This document shows, in pieces, positions 28,583-38,448 of a stretch of DNA of 64,000 nt. Under the pieces are notes generated by a model. That model did not search any database. It saw nothing but the letters and a program-made list of their open reading frames with translations, and was not told where the DNA came from. Origin of the DNA: Thermoleophilia bacterium (GTDB taxonomy: Bacteria; Actinomycetota; Thermoleophilia; Gaiellales; F1-60-MAGs149). The translations under genes and the position numbers were made by a program. The first letter of the stretch is position 1, and each line of letters starts with the position of its first letter. The stretch covers positions 246,795-310,794 of the forward strand of contig JBAXNN010000001.1 in assembly GCA_037133755.1 (NCBI GenBank), written 5' to 3'.

Positions 28583-30274
28583 TCAGTAGCCCGGAACCTG
28601 CGCGCGCACCGCCGCCGGGTCGAAGTGCCACCGCACGACACCGCCGACCTCCGAGCGCACGCCGCCTGCCTCATGCAGGAACTGCGCCCACGGCCCAGGG
28701 AAGCGCGCGTCGACGAGCACCCAACTGGTGCCTGTGAAGGCGAGGTATCGCAGTAACTCCTGCCGAGGGTTCGCGGGCAGTTGGTCGCTGTAGAAGCCGT
28801 AGACGACGGGAAACGGCAGGTATTCGGCAGGAAGCACCGCCGCGCTGTACCCCCCGGCCATGCGATAGCGCATCCTCGCGAGCGCCTGCCAGTACATCCC
28901 GTCGCCGCGGAAGGAGTACGGCAGGATCAGCACGACGGCGTCATCAGGGATCTCGGCGGTAGCCGCTCCCGAGGCAATCCCCGGCGGCGTTGCCATGTCG
29001 GTACGCCAGAGGTCAGACCGCGGCACGGGCAGCAGGCAGATCAACGCGATGCCAACGACGACGAGGCGCAGGGCGACGAGGCCGGGCTCCTCACGCTCGC
29101 GCGGCACGATGAACAACGCTACGAGCACACTGATGCCCAGCCAGGCGAAGACCACGACGCGCGTCGGTAGCGCCAGCTTGATCAGCGGCAGGTGCGTGAG
29201 CAGTTGCCACGGCATGACCCAGTACGGGTCGCCGCTGATCGTCAGGTGCGCACCGAGCGCTAAGACGATGGAGAGCAGCACACCAAACGTGACGACCCAG
29301 ACCCACCGCTCTTGACGCCAGCGAAGCACGCCGCCGACCGCGGCGATGATGAGCACCGGGCCGAGGTAGCCGAGCTGCTCGGTGAGATTCCCCACGAACT
29401 GGAGCGATGCGTCCTGAAAGCGCTGACCACCCGCCCAGGTTATGGCGGTCGGCATGACCAGATTCTTTAGATCGAGTGGGAAGAGGTCGGGGCGGATGCG
29501 CTCGTCGATCGGATTCCGGTGGAGCAGCGCCGCGAGCAGCAGCGGTGACGCAATGGCGATCGCGATGCCATACGCCGCGGCGACCCAAGGGATGGCCTGC
29601 AGTATGCGACGACGCAGCTCGGTCGGCCCCAGCGCTAACGCGAAGAGCAGCGTCAGCGTGCCAACGAGCGTCGCCGTCGCAGCGATCTCGGTGAACGTCA
29701 AGAACTGCATGGCGATCAGTGCGCCCAGTGCGAGCATCCCCCGCACGGGACGGATCGAGCGCTCGATCAGGCGAATCACCACGAGCACGATCAGCGGCAG
29801 CGCCCAGACCAGCGCGAGGTTCACATGGTTGAGCGTCTCGCCGAGCATGTACGACGAGAAGCCGAACACCCAGCCGCCGATGATTGCGGCGAGCGCGCTT
29901 CGCGTCAGGTGGCGGCAGAGAAGGTACGCGCCCCAGGCTGCCAACGCGGGTGCCGCAATCGCCAGCGTGCTGTACGAGACGAGCGGCCCGGCCAGCGCAG
30001 TCAGCGGCGCCACCAGGATCGCCGGTCCGGGGATCGTCGTCGCCCACGCGAGATTGAAGCCCTGCGGGGCGTCGATGCGGTCGGTCAGAAACGGCGCTTG
30101 GTTCCCCGCCAGCGTCTCGACCCAGTGCACCAGAGACCAGGCGAAGAAGCCCTGGTCGCCACCGAAGCTGCCGACGACGGCGTCGTGCGGCGCACGGAGC
30201 CAGAAGCGCCCGATCAGCACGACGGAGGCAACCGCGTAGCCGAGCAACACCCAGAGCGGCTCGAGGCGTCGCAT
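28583..30274 (-). CDS. Polytopic GT-C-like membrane protein (putative glycosyltransferase)
   Basis: About 12 TMs; GD...FAW, PQGFNLAW, FGFSSY, YLG, MYWQ, GGY motifs. Confidence 0.65.
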   Translation of the reverse strand: MRRLEPLWVLLGYAVASVVLIGRFWLRAPHDAVVGSFGGDQGFFAWSLVHWVETLAGNQAPFLTDRIDAPQGFNLAWATTIPGPAILVAPLTALAGPLVSYSTLAIAAPALAAWGAYLLCRHLTRSALAAIIGGWVFGFSSYMLGETLNHVNLALVWALPLIVLVVIRLIERSIRPVRGMLALGALIAMQFLTFTEIAATATLVGTLTLLFALALGPTELRRRILQAIPWVAAAYGIAIAIASPLLLAALLHRNPIDERIRPDLFPLDLKNLVMPTAITWAGGQRFQDASLQFVGNLTEQLGYLGPVLIIAAVGGVLRWRQERWVWVVTFGVLLSIVLALGAHLTISGDPYWVMPWQLLTHLPLIKLALPTRVVVFAWLGISVLVALFIVPREREEPGLVALRLVVVGIALICLLPVPRSDLWRTDMATPPGIASGAATAEIPDDAVVLILPYSFRGDGMYWQALARMRYRMAGGYSAAVLPAEYLPFPVVYGFYSDQLPANPRQELLRYLAFTGTSWVLVDARFPGPWAQFLHEAGGVRSEVGGVVRWHFDPAAVRAQVPGY

Positions 30275-30289
30275 GCAGCGGAGTGTAGG

Positions 30290-30328
30290 AAAAAAGCAGA
30301 GAGCCGGGCGGTTTCCCGCCCGGCTCTC
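30290..30328 (-). terminator. Rho-independent terminator
   Basis: Perfect 13-bp stem GAGAGCCGGGCGG with GAAA loop, then UGCUUUUUU on the minus strand. Confidence 0.85.
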
Positions 30329-30490
30329 CGGGTCGAACGCTGGTATTACGCAAGATGCGCTGCGGCGATATGCCGCGGCCCCAACGCGGGCTAGGCGATT
30401 CCCTGTCGGTCCAGGGGCGCGCCCTTACGTGCGTCGACCTCCACTTGCCGTGCAGTCGCTATTCAGAACGGACCACCTCCTCTCCGCGGT
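30290..30490 (-). ncRNA. Candidate ~200-nt small RNA or small-ORF transcript
   Basis: Extended -10 TGGTACCTT at 30505-30497; AGAGGAGGTG near the 5' end; several short hairpins; intrinsic terminator; no long ORF. Confidence 0.5.
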
Positions 30491-30537
30491 GGCCCGAAGG
30501 TACCACTCGAAGGCGACCCGCGCCACACGAATTTCCG

Positions 30538-31101
30538 TTACTGGAAGTTCTTCCAGTACGCGCTCGGCGTGGGGCCGACCTGACCCTGGTACTTCGATCC
30601 CAGCGCACCTGACCCGTACGGCTTCTCGGCCGGCTGGTCGAGGTTCATGAACGACATCTGGCCGATCTTCATGTCGGGGTAGAGCGTGATCGGCAGGTTC
30701 GCGACGTTGGCCAGCTCGAGCGTGACGTGGCCGTCGAAACCGGGATCGATAAAGCCCGCCGTCGAGTGCACCTGCAGGCCCAGACGTCCGAGGGAGCTCT
30801 TGCCCTCGAGGCGCGAGACGATGTCGTCGCCGAGCGTGACGCGCTCCAGCGTGGCGCCGAGCACGAACTCGCCGGGGTGCAGGATGAACGGCCCGCCGTC
30901 CGTGATCTCGATCAGCTCGGTCAGTTCGGCCTGCTCCTGCTTGACGTCAATGTGGCCGTAGCGGCTGTTCTTGAACACGCGGAAGCGGCGATCGCAGCGC
31001 ACGTCGATTGAGGCAGGTTGGATCAGCGCCTCATCGAATGGGTCGAGCGTGATGCGTCCGGCTTCGATTGCCGTGCGGATGCCGCGGTCGGACAGAACCA
31101 T
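30538..31101 (-). CDS. dcd: dCTP deaminase
   Basis: [52 protein letters not shown]. Confidence 0.97.
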   Translation of the reverse strand: MVLSDRGIRTAIEAGRITLDPFDEALIQPASIDVRCDRRFRVFKNSRYGHIDVKQEQAELTELIEITDGGPFILHPGEFVLGATLERVTLGDDIVSRLEGKSSLGRLGLQVHSTAGFIDPGFDGHVTLELANVANLPITLYPDMKIGQMSFMNLDQPAEKPYGSGALGSKYQGQVGPTPSAYWKNFQ

Positions 31102-31165
31102 TGCTGGGCAGCATTGCAGGCGTGGGGGACGTGCGGTGCGGCCCAGGTGCAGGTACGCTGCGGGC

Positions 31166-32617
31166 GTGAGCACCCGGGTCATCGCGCGGCGCTACACGCT
31201 TGAGGTGCCAGAGCCGGCAGCGCCCGGCAGCACCGTCTGGCGCGGGCGCGATTCGACGAACGGTGGTGCCGTCGTGGTCACGCTGCTCGACGAGCATCCG
31301 GAGGTTGATTCGACGCTGGCGGCGCTTGTTGCGGTGCGGCACCCGGCGTTGCCGGTGGTGCTCGACCACGGCGTCGACGGTGTCACGCGCTACGTCGTCA
31401 CTCCCGCGCGCTCGGGACAGTCGGCCCGGGCGCGTCTGCTGGTCGGTGCAAGCGTGGAGCCCGCCGAGGCCGCCGAGGTTGCAGCGGAGCTCGCCGACGC
31501 GTTGGCCGCGCTGCACGCCCGTGGTCTCGTGCAGGGGCAGCTGACGCTCGATCGTGTCGTCGCCGACGAGAGCGGTCCACTGCGGCTGGAGGATCTCGCC
31601 ACCGGCGGGCTCGCCCGGCCCGCCGACCAGCCGGACGACGACCTTCGCCAGCTTGCGGGAGTGCTGCGCGATCTCCTCGGACTGTCGGCCGACGCCACCC
31701 CGCTTGAGGCCGAGGGGGTTCCGCCGCGGCTCGCCGGTCTGCTGCAGAGCCTCGCCTCCTTCACGCCCCCGCCGGCCACCGATGCACGTGACGCGCTGCG
31801 GCGCATCGCGCGTGAGAGCGCACCCGGGTGGGAGCCCTTTGCCACCCCTGCGGTCAGAGCGGCACCCGCGCCACTGGCCGTCGAGGAGGAGCCGACAGGC
31901 TCCCGGAATCGTGGACTCACGGCGCTCGTCGGGGTCTTGGCCGTCGCGGTGGTGATCCTCGCCATCGTGGTGGTGATCGGTGTCGTCGATCGCCGTGATG
32001 CCGACCAGCGTGCGGCACAATCCGCGCTCCCCGGTCCGATCAGCACGGTCTCCCCTGGCTCAACGATCGAAGGCGGCCCCTTCGTTGAGACGACAGCACC
32101 GATCGACACGATGGCGGCTACCACCGAGGTGCAGCCGGTCGGGCCCAACCGTACGCCGCGCGCTCTGAGGATCACGACCATCACAACGGTCGATCCAGCG
32201 GGCGACAACGCGGAGAACAACGATCAGGTGCGCTTCGCCATCGACCGCTCGCCGAAGACTGGCTGGTCAACGGAGATCTACAAGCCGGGCGTGATCGAGA
32301 AGAAGCGCGGGGTCGGCCTGCAGCTGCACCTCGCCGTCCCGAGCCGCGTACGGCGGCTCGCGATCACGAGCGCGCCCGCTGGCGCGACGGTTGTTGTTTA
32401 TGGCGTGCGTGGCACCCCGCCGCCCAAAGCACCACGCGACTGGACGCAGCTGACCGACCCGAAGGAGCTCATGCGCGCCACCGCCGTGGTGCCGATCCGG
32501 CGTGTTGCACCGCTGACGGACGTGCTGATCTGGATCACCGGTCTGCCGCCGGTCAAGGGCGGGTACGGGGTGACCTTCAACGACATCCGTCTGACGGGCG
32601 TCCCCACCGGCGCCTGA
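31166..32617 (+). CDS. Membrane pseudokinase with C-terminal extracellular beta-sandwich domain (MviN C-terminus-like)
   Basis: Kinase scaffold ([29 protein letters not shown]) without VAIK Lys, HRD or DFG; TM; EN...[22 protein letters not shown]. Confidence 0.7.
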   Translation: MSTRVIARRYTLEVPEPAAPGSTVWRGRDSTNGGAVVVTLLDEHPEVDSTLAALVAVRHPALPVVLDHGVDGVTRYVVTPARSGQSARARLLVGASVEPAEAAEVAAELADALAALHARGLVQGQLTLDRVVADESGPLRLEDLATGGLARPADQPDDDLRQLAGVLRDLLGLSADATPLEAEGVPPRLAGLLQSLASFTPPPATDARDALRRIARESAPGWEPFATPAVRAAPAPLAVEEEPTGSRNRGLTALVGVLAVAVVILAIVVVIGVVDRRDADQRAAQSALPGPISTVSPGSTIEGGPFVETTAPIDTMAATTEVQPVGPNRTPRALRITTITTVDPAGDNAENNDQVRFAIDRSPKTGWSTEIYKPGVIEKKRGVGLQLHLAVPSRVRRLAITSAPAGATVVVYGVRGTPPPKAPRDWTQLTDPKELMRATAVVPIRRVAPLTDVLIWITGLPPVKGGYGVTFNDIRLTGVPTGA

Positions 32618-32715
32618 CAGTTTGGGGCCGGCCCCAAACTGACCAGAATTCGGCCAATCTGGGGCCGGCCCCAAATTGACCGCGTGCACGTTTGGATCCG
32701 GATCCAAATCTGCAC
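32618..32715. repeat. Cluster of three CCGG-centred palindromes (REP-like) between convergent genes
   Basis: CAGTTTGGGGCCGGCCCCAAACTG (32618-32641), near-copy at 32655-32678, TTTGGATCCGGATCCAAA (32691-32708). Confidence 0.8.
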
Positions 32716-32728
32716 GGATGCTGAACCG

Positions 32729-33730
32729 CTAGCGCAGCAGGCCGGCGTTGCGCGCGTGGCGCTCGACGGCCAGGTCGACCAGGCGTGTCAGCAGCTCGGC
32801 GTACGCGATGCCGGTGGCCTCGAACATACGGGCGTAGTAGCTCGTCGCGGTGAAGCCCGGGATCGCATTGATCTCGTTGAGCACGAGACGTCCTTCGGTG
32901 GTGTAGAAGAAGTCGACGCGCGCCATGCCGTGGCAGTCACAGACCGCGAAGGCCTGGGCGGCGATTGCGCGCTGACGATCGCTGACCTCGGCCGGGATGT
33001 CGGCGGGGACGACGAGGGCCGAGCCACCCGCCGCGTACTTGGCCTCGTAGTCGTACCACTCGGCGTCGAAGGTGATCTCGCCGACGACGGACACGGTCAA
33101 CGCGGGCGGCAGGCCGAGCACGCTGCACTCGACCTCCTTCCCGACCAGCAACTCCTCGACCAGCACCTTGTCGTCGTGGGCGAGCGCGAGGTCGAGCGCG
33201 GCGTCGAGGTCGTTGGCGGTCTCAACGCGCGAGATGCCAACGCTCGAGCCGAGCCGCGCCGGCTTGACGAAGACGGGGAAGCCGAACGCGTCCTCGATGC
33301 GCGCGCGCACCGCGCCACGGTCGTCAGCGGGGCCGACCAAGACCTCACGCGCGACGTCGATGCCGGCGTCGCGCAGCGCGGCCTTGCAGCGCTCCTTGTC
33401 CATCGTCAGCGCGGCACCGAGCACGCCGGAGCCGACGTACGCCACGTCGAGCATCTCGAGCAGCCCCTGCACCGTGCCGTCCTCGCCGAACGGACCGTGC
33501 AACACGGGAAAGACGACGTCGCACCCGAGTGGCCCGCCTTGGCCGGGCGTGACCGAGACGACGGAGCCGTCGGCCGCGGTCCAGACGCCCTCGCGCGAGA
33601 TCGTGATGCGCTCGACGTCGAAGCGCGCGGGATCGAGTCCCGTGGCGACGCTTTCGGCCGAGCGCAGCGACACGTCGTGCTCCGACGAGCGGCCGCCGCC
33701 GAGGACGGCGACGCGCAGGCGCTCGGCCAC
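32729..33730 (-). CDS. ddl: D-alanine--D-alanine ligase
   Basis: GGRSSEHDVS, LHGPFGEDG, MDK, KPARLGSSVG, YDYEAKY, ARVDF, NEIN.IPG. Confidence 0.95.
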   Translation of the reverse strand: MAERLRVAVLGGGRSSEHDVSLRSAESVATGLDPARFDVERITISREGVWTAADGSVVSVTPGQGGPLGCDVVFPVLHGPFGEDGTVQGLLEMLDVAYVGSGVLGAALTMDKERCKAALRDAGIDVAREVLVGPADDRGAVRARIEDAFGFPVFVKPARLGSSVGISRVETANDLDAALDLALAHDDKVLVEELLVGKEVECSVLGLPPALTVSVVGEITFDAEWYDYEAKYAAGGSALVVPADIPAEVSDRQRAIAAQAFAVCDCHGMARVDFFYTTEGRLVLNEINAIPGFTATSYYARMFEATGIAYAELLTRLVDLAVERHARNAGLLR

Positions 33731-35673
33731 TAGGTCGTCGACCCCGTGTAGCGACCTACGACGATCGTGACCGTGGAGCCCTGCGGCTTCTGCGAGTTGC
33801 CGGCCGGGTTCTGCGAGATGACGATGCCGTCCTGCGCTGGATCGCTGGTGGACTGTTCGGTGACGTTCGGCGTGAAGCCCGCGCTCGAGAGCGCAGCCTC
33901 GGCATTGCTGCGCGACTGGTTGATCACGCTCGGCACCGTGGTGGTCGCAGGGCCCTTGGAGACGACGACGTTGACGGAGCTACCGGCGGCCACGCTCGTA
34001 CCGGCTGCGGGATCCTGGCTGATCACCTGGCCGACCGGAGCGGCGTCGTTGGCCTCTGTCTGCGAGCCGAGCACGAGCCCCGCCGCGATCAAGGTGTTCT
34101 GGGCGTTGTTGACATCCATCTTCGTGATGTTCGGCACCGTGCCGGCCTTCTTGCCCGTCGAGACGGTGAGGGTGACGGTCGAGCCCGGCTTCACCTCGAC
34201 ACCGGCCGACGGAGCCTGCGTGATGACGTTGCCCTCGGCGACGGTATCGCTGGAGTCCTCCACGGTGGTGACCAGCAGCCCGAGTGCCTCGAGCTGCGCG
34301 GTGGCGTCGCCGAGCGCCGACCCCTGCACGCTTGGTACGGCCACAACGTTCGGACCCGACGAGACCTGTAGTTCGACCGTTGTGCCCGTCGGCACCTTGC
34401 CACCCGCGTTCGGACGCGTGGCGATGACCTGCCCCTCGGGCACGTCGGCGGAGGCCTGCTTGGTCACAAGGACAGCGAACCCGAGCGCCTTCAGCTGTGC
34501 CGTCGCGTCGGCCTCCGTGCTGCCGACGAGGCTCGGGATCTCCACGAGGGCGCTGGACGTCGAGGTCGTCGCCGACGTGCCGCCGCCACCGTCTGAGCCA
34601 CCACGGGCGAATGCGAAGACGCCCACGGCGATGGCGAGCAACAGGACGCCGAGCACGACGAGCAGAATCCAGAGGCGCTTGCGATTGGGATTGCCGTTGC
34701 GCGCGGGCGCGGTGTCCCGTGGCGGCAACGGCGGTGCGACCATCGTCTCGCTCGCCGGCGGTGCGGACGGCGGCTGCATGGCCTGCGTCATCGCCAGCGT
34801 GGCGGCGCCGATCACGGCGGTCTCGTCGCTGATCGGCAGGCCCTGGCGGACACGGTCGAGCTCGATGCCCATCTCGTCGGCGCTCTGATAGCGCTGCCGC
34901 GGATCCTTGGCGAGCGCGCGCATGACGACCGATTCGAGCGCGACGGGGACCAGCGGGTTGCGATCGGTCAGCGGCTCGGGCGCCTCCTGTACATGGCGCA
35001 TGGCGACGTTGACGGCGGTGTCGCCCTCGAACGGCACGCGGCCGGACAGCATCTCGTAGAGCACGATGCCGACGGAGTAGAGATCGGCCGGCGGGCCGAC
35101 CGTCAGGCCGCGGGCCTGCTCCGGCGCGAGGTACTGGGCCGTGCCGACGATCGAGCCGGCCTCGGTCATCTCGGTATCACCGCCGGCGCTGGCGATGCCG
35201 AAGTCGGCCACCTTCAGCTTGCCGTCGGGTTGCATCAGGATGTTCTGCGGCTTGACGTCGCGGTGGACGACACCCTGCTGATGCGCGACGCGGAGCGCGG
35301 CCAGGATCTGCAGTGCAATCGTGATCGCGCGGCGCGGCTCGAGCGGCGACTCGCGGCGGATCAGGTCCTTCAGCGTCTCGCCCTCGACGTACTCCTGGAC
35401 GATGTACGACATGCCACCCTGTGACTGGTCGTAGACCTGCACGATGTTCGGGTGGTTGAGGCGCGCAGCGGCGCGGGCCTCGCGCTGGAAGCGCTCGATG
35501 AAATGCGGGTCGTCGCTGTGGCGATCGGCGAGTACCTTGATCGCGACCTCACGATGCAGCGACTCGTCCTGCGCCAGGAAGACGCGCGCCATCCCACCCT
35601 GGCCGAGGCGGCGGATGATGCGGTAGCGCCCGGCGAAGAGTGCGCCGTCAGAGGTGTCCATCGGGGTCGTCAT
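33730..35673 (-). CDS. pknB: PASTA-domain Ser/Thr kinase (PknB/Stk1 family)
   Basis: GQGGMA, VAIK, HRDVKPQN, DFGIA, GTAQYLAPEQ; TM; four PASTA repeats. Confidence 0.95.
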   Translation of the reverse strand: MTTPMDTSDGALFAGRYRIIRRLGQGGMARVFLAQDESLHREVAIKVLADRHSDDPHFIERFQREARAAARLNHPNIVQVYDQSQGGMSYIVQEYVEGETLKDLIRRESPLEPRRAITIALQILAALRVAHQQGVVHRDVKPQNILMQPDGKLKVADFGIASAGGDTEMTEAGSIVGTAQYLAPEQARGLTVGPPADLYSVGIVLYEMLSGRVPFEGDTAVNVAMRHVQEAPEPLTDRNPLVPVALESVVMRALAKDPRQRYQSADEMGIELDRVRQGLPISDETAVIGAATLAMTQAMQPPSAPPASETMVAPPLPPRDTAPARNGNPNRKRLWILLVVLGVLLLAIAVGVFAFARGGSDGGGGTSATTSTSSALVEIPSLVGSTEADATAQLKALGFAVLVTKQASADVPEGQVIATRPNAGGKVPTGTTVELQVSSGPNVVAVPSVQGSALGDATAQLEALGLLVTTVEDSSDTVAEGNVITQAPSAGVEVKPGSTVTLTVSTGKKAGTVPNITKMDVNNAQNTLIAAGLVLGSQTEANDAAPVGQVISQDPAAGTSVAAGSSVNVVVSKGPATTTVPSVINQSRSNAEAALSSAGFTPNVTEQSTSDPAQDGIVISQNPAGNSQKPQGSTVTIVVGRYTGSTT

Positions 35674-35695
35674 GCGGTGTTCCGTGCGGATTGTC

Positions 35696-37138
35696 TCACG
35701 ATGCCGGCTCCGTGAGCGCCCGTAGGACGCTCGCTGCGATTGGGGCCGCTATATCGCCGCCGGTTCCGTCGGTGTTCTCGACGAGCACGGCGAATGCGTA
35801 TCGCGGTGCCTCGGCGGGCGCGAAGCCGATGAACCACGCGTCATTCTTGCCGTCACGCCCGGTCTCGGCGGTCCCCGTCTTGCCGGCCACATCGAGGCCG
35901 GCGACGTTCGCTGCGGTGCCCGTGCCGTCGTCGACCACGTCCTTCATCAACTGCCGCAGGGTCGCCGCGGTCTCGGTCGTCATGGCGCGGCCGAGGTAGA
36001 CGGGCTGCGGTCGACGTACGACCGACCCGTCGGGCGCGCGCACCTCCTGCACCGGCTGCGGCGCGACGATCTGACCGCCGTTGGCGACGGCCACCGCGAC
36101 CTCTGCCATCTGCAGCGGTGTCGCGAGCAGGCGCTCTTGCCCGATCGCGAGGCGCGCGACATCGACGGGGGTGTCGAACGGCACGAGGTTGCCCCGGCGG
36201 TTGAAGATGCCCGACGGCAGCGTCTGCTCGGGCGGATAGTCCCAAGGGAAGCGCTTGAAGAACCCGAAGTCCTTCATCGTCGCCTCCAGCTTCTCCTGGC
36301 CGAGCGTCAGGCCGACCTTCGCGAAGGTCGTGTTGATCGAGTGAACGAGCGCATAGCCGAAGTCGTGCGGCCCGTAGGCGTGGTTGCGGAAGTTGCAGAG
36401 ATCCTGGCCGCCGGTCTGGATGCAGGCCGGGCCGGGGAACTGCTGGTCGACGGTGACGGCCTCGTTGTCGAGCGCACTCGCAGCAGTCACGACCTTGAAT
36501 GTCGAGCCCGGGGGATAGAGGCCCTGCGTCGCGCGGTTGAGCAGCGGCGAGGCTGGATCCGACAGGGCCTGCTCGAGCCCCGTGTTGGGGTTGTAGGTCG
36601 GCGTCGACGCCATCACGAGCAGCCCGCCCGTACTGGGATCCATCACGACGACGCTGCCGCGCGCGTGGAGGCGCTCGAGCTCGTCCATCGCAGCCTGCTG
36701 GCCTGCTGCCGACAGCCGCAGGATCACGTCGTCGCCGCGCACCGTGTCGCCCTTCATGCGGTCGAAGGCGTTCTGGATGCCGGCGAGATCGCCGGTACTG
36801 CCGGAGAGCTCTGGGTCGAGCGAGCGCTCGAGACCCGAGCGACCGGCGAGCAGGTTGGAGTAGCCGACGAGTTGCGCGGCCAGGCCACCCTCGGGGTAGG
36901 TGCGGGTGTAGACCGTGCGCCCATCGAGCTTGCCGGGCTTGGATTCGGCCAGCACGATGCCGTCAGCGGTCGCGATCGAACCACGGTCGATCGCCAGATC
37001 GCGGTAGACCATGCGAACGTTCGCCTGCCGCGCCTCGAGCGAGCCGCGGGCCCAGACCTGCCAGTAGGTCGTCATGCCGATCAGAGCCAAGAGGGCGATG
37101 GTGGTGACCACGAACAGGTTCGAGATCCGGCGATTCAC
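35696..37138 (-). CDS. pbpA: Class B penicillin-binding protein (PbpA-like)
   Basis: RGSI, R.YP, LNRATQGLYPPGSTFK, SIN, KTGTA; GTGA overlap with rodA. Confidence 0.9.
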   Translation of the reverse strand: MNRRISNLFVVTTIALLALIGMTTYWQVWARGSLEARQANVRMVYRDLAIDRGSIATADGIVLAESKPGKLDGRTVYTRTYPEGGLAAQLVGYSNLLAGRSGLERSLDPELSGSTGDLAGIQNAFDRMKGDTVRGDDVILRLSAAGQQAAMDELERLHARGSVVVMDPSTGGLLVMASTPTYNPNTGLEQALSDPASPLLNRATQGLYPPGSTFKVVTAASALDNEAVTVDQQFPGPACIQTGGQDLCNFRNHAYGPHDFGYALVHSINTTFAKVGLTLGQEKLEATMKDFGFFKRFPWDYPPEQTLPSGIFNRRGNLVPFDTPVDVARLAIGQERLLATPLQMAEVAVAVANGGQIVAPQPVQEVRAPDGSVVRRPQPVYLGRAMTTETAATLRQLMKDVVDDGTGTAANVAGLDVAGKTGTAETGRDGKNDAWFIGFAPAEAPRYAFAVLVENTDGTGGDIAAPIAASVLRALTEPAS

Positions 37139-38448
37139 AGCGGTCGCTCCCGATTGGCGCGCTGCGAGATGCACAGCAGGAGCCCGGCGATCGCGAAGTT
37201 GGCCGTCACGCTCGAACCGCCGTAGGAGACGAACGGCAACGTCAGGCCCGTCAGCGGCAACAGGCGGATGACGCCACCGACGATGACGAATACCTGGAAG
37301 GCCACGGCGGTCGCGAGGCCAGCCGCCAGCAGTTTCGAGAAGCCATCGTCAGCCGTCGTCGCGATGCGGAAGCCGCGCCAGGCGAGCAGCAGGTAGAGCA
37401 GTACGACGGCGATGGCGCCGACCAGGCCCATCTCGTTGGCGATCACCGAGTAGATGAAGTCGGTCTGGGCAAAGGGGATGATCGTGCTGCCGCCGCTGTT
37501 GAGAATCAGGCCGCGGCCGAAGCCCGCGCCGAGCACGCCGCCATCGGCGATGGTGTAGATCGACTGCGCGATCTGGTACCCGCTCGTCTGCTCGACGGCC
37601 CACGGATCCAGCCAGCCTTCGATGCGCGATTGCACGTGCGAGGTGAGTTGCACGGCACCGAGCGCACCGAGCGCGAAGATGCCGAGCCCAGCGCCGACGT
37701 AGAGCAGGCGGCCCGTGGCGATGTAGATCATCGAGAGGGCGATGACGTAGAACAGCAACGACGTCCCGAGGTCGTTCATCGCGACGAGCAGCACCAACGA
37801 GATTCCGCACAGGAGCAGCAGCGGCAGCGCGTGGCGCAGAGCGGGAATGCCGACGCCGAGGATGCGGCGGGTTGGCGCGGCCAGCACCTCGCGTCGCTCG
37901 CGGAGATAGCCGGCAAGGAAGATGACGAGCAGGATCTTGGCGAACTCACCCGGCTGGATCTGCAGTCCGCCGATGCGGATCCACAGGCGCGCGCCGTTGA
38001 CCGACGCACCCAGGGTGATCGTCAGGACGAGCAACACCACGGCCAACGCACCGCAGGTGTACTTGAGTTCCTCGAGGCGCCGGATGTCACGAAAGGCGAT
38101 GACCACCCCGACGAAGAGCGCTAGTCCGAGCAGCATCCAGATGCCCTGGTCGCGGGCCAATTGCGGTGAGATCCGATAGATCTCGATCAATCCGATCGCG
38201 GTGAGCACCGCGGTGATCGGGAGGACGTACGGGTCGGCATCGGGCAGCGCCACGCGGACGACGGCGTGTGCCACGAAATAGGCGACGGCGAACAGCAGCG
38301 CGGCGACGAGCGGCGAAGAGGAGAACTCCTGGGCGCGGGCGAGCTGCACCGCCGCGAAACCGGCAGTGGTGATCAGCACGGCCAGGCCGATCAGTCCGAG
38401 CTCGCGGTTGCGGCTCGGCAGGTCGAGGATGCCGCGCTCGGTGATCAC
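37135..38448 (-). CDS. rodA: SEDS family protein RodA/FtsW
   Basis: GARLWI, QPGEFAK, DLGT, WLDPW, YQ, TDFI, PLTGLTLPFVSYGGSS. Confidence 0.92.
   Translation of the reverse strand: MITERGILDLPSRNRELGLIGLAVLITTAGFAAVQLARAQEFSSSPLVAALLFAVAYFVAHAVVRVALPDADPYVLPITAVLTAIGLIEIYRISPQLARDQGIWMLLGLALFVGVVIAFRDIRRLEELKYTCGALAVVLLVLTITLGASVNGARLWIRIGGLQIQPGEFAKILLVIFLAGYLRERREVLAAPTRRILGVGIPALRHALPLLLLCGISLVLLVAMNDLGTSLLFYVIALSMIYIATGRLLYVGAGLGIFALGALGAVQLTSHVQSRIEGWLDPWAVEQTSGYQIAQSIYTIADGGVLGAGFGRGLILNSGGSTIIPFAQTDFIYSVIANEMGLVGAIAVVLLYLLLAWRGFRIATTADDGFSKLLAAGLATAVAFQVFVIVGGVIRLLPLTGLTLPFVSYGGSSVTANFAIAGLLLCISQRANRERPL

Noticed and set aside
30380-30420. Dual 6-nt-loop hairpins as an ANTAR (PdtaR) target
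   Set aside because: The loops (GACCGA, GCGTTG) lack the A1/G4 consensus and do not overlap the terminator.
30290-30490. Assignment as 6S, SRP, tmRNA or a riboswitch for the downstream GT-C gene
   Set aside because: No 5'-3' long rod, SRP loop or tRNA-like ends; the downstream gene has its own TACACT box after the terminator.
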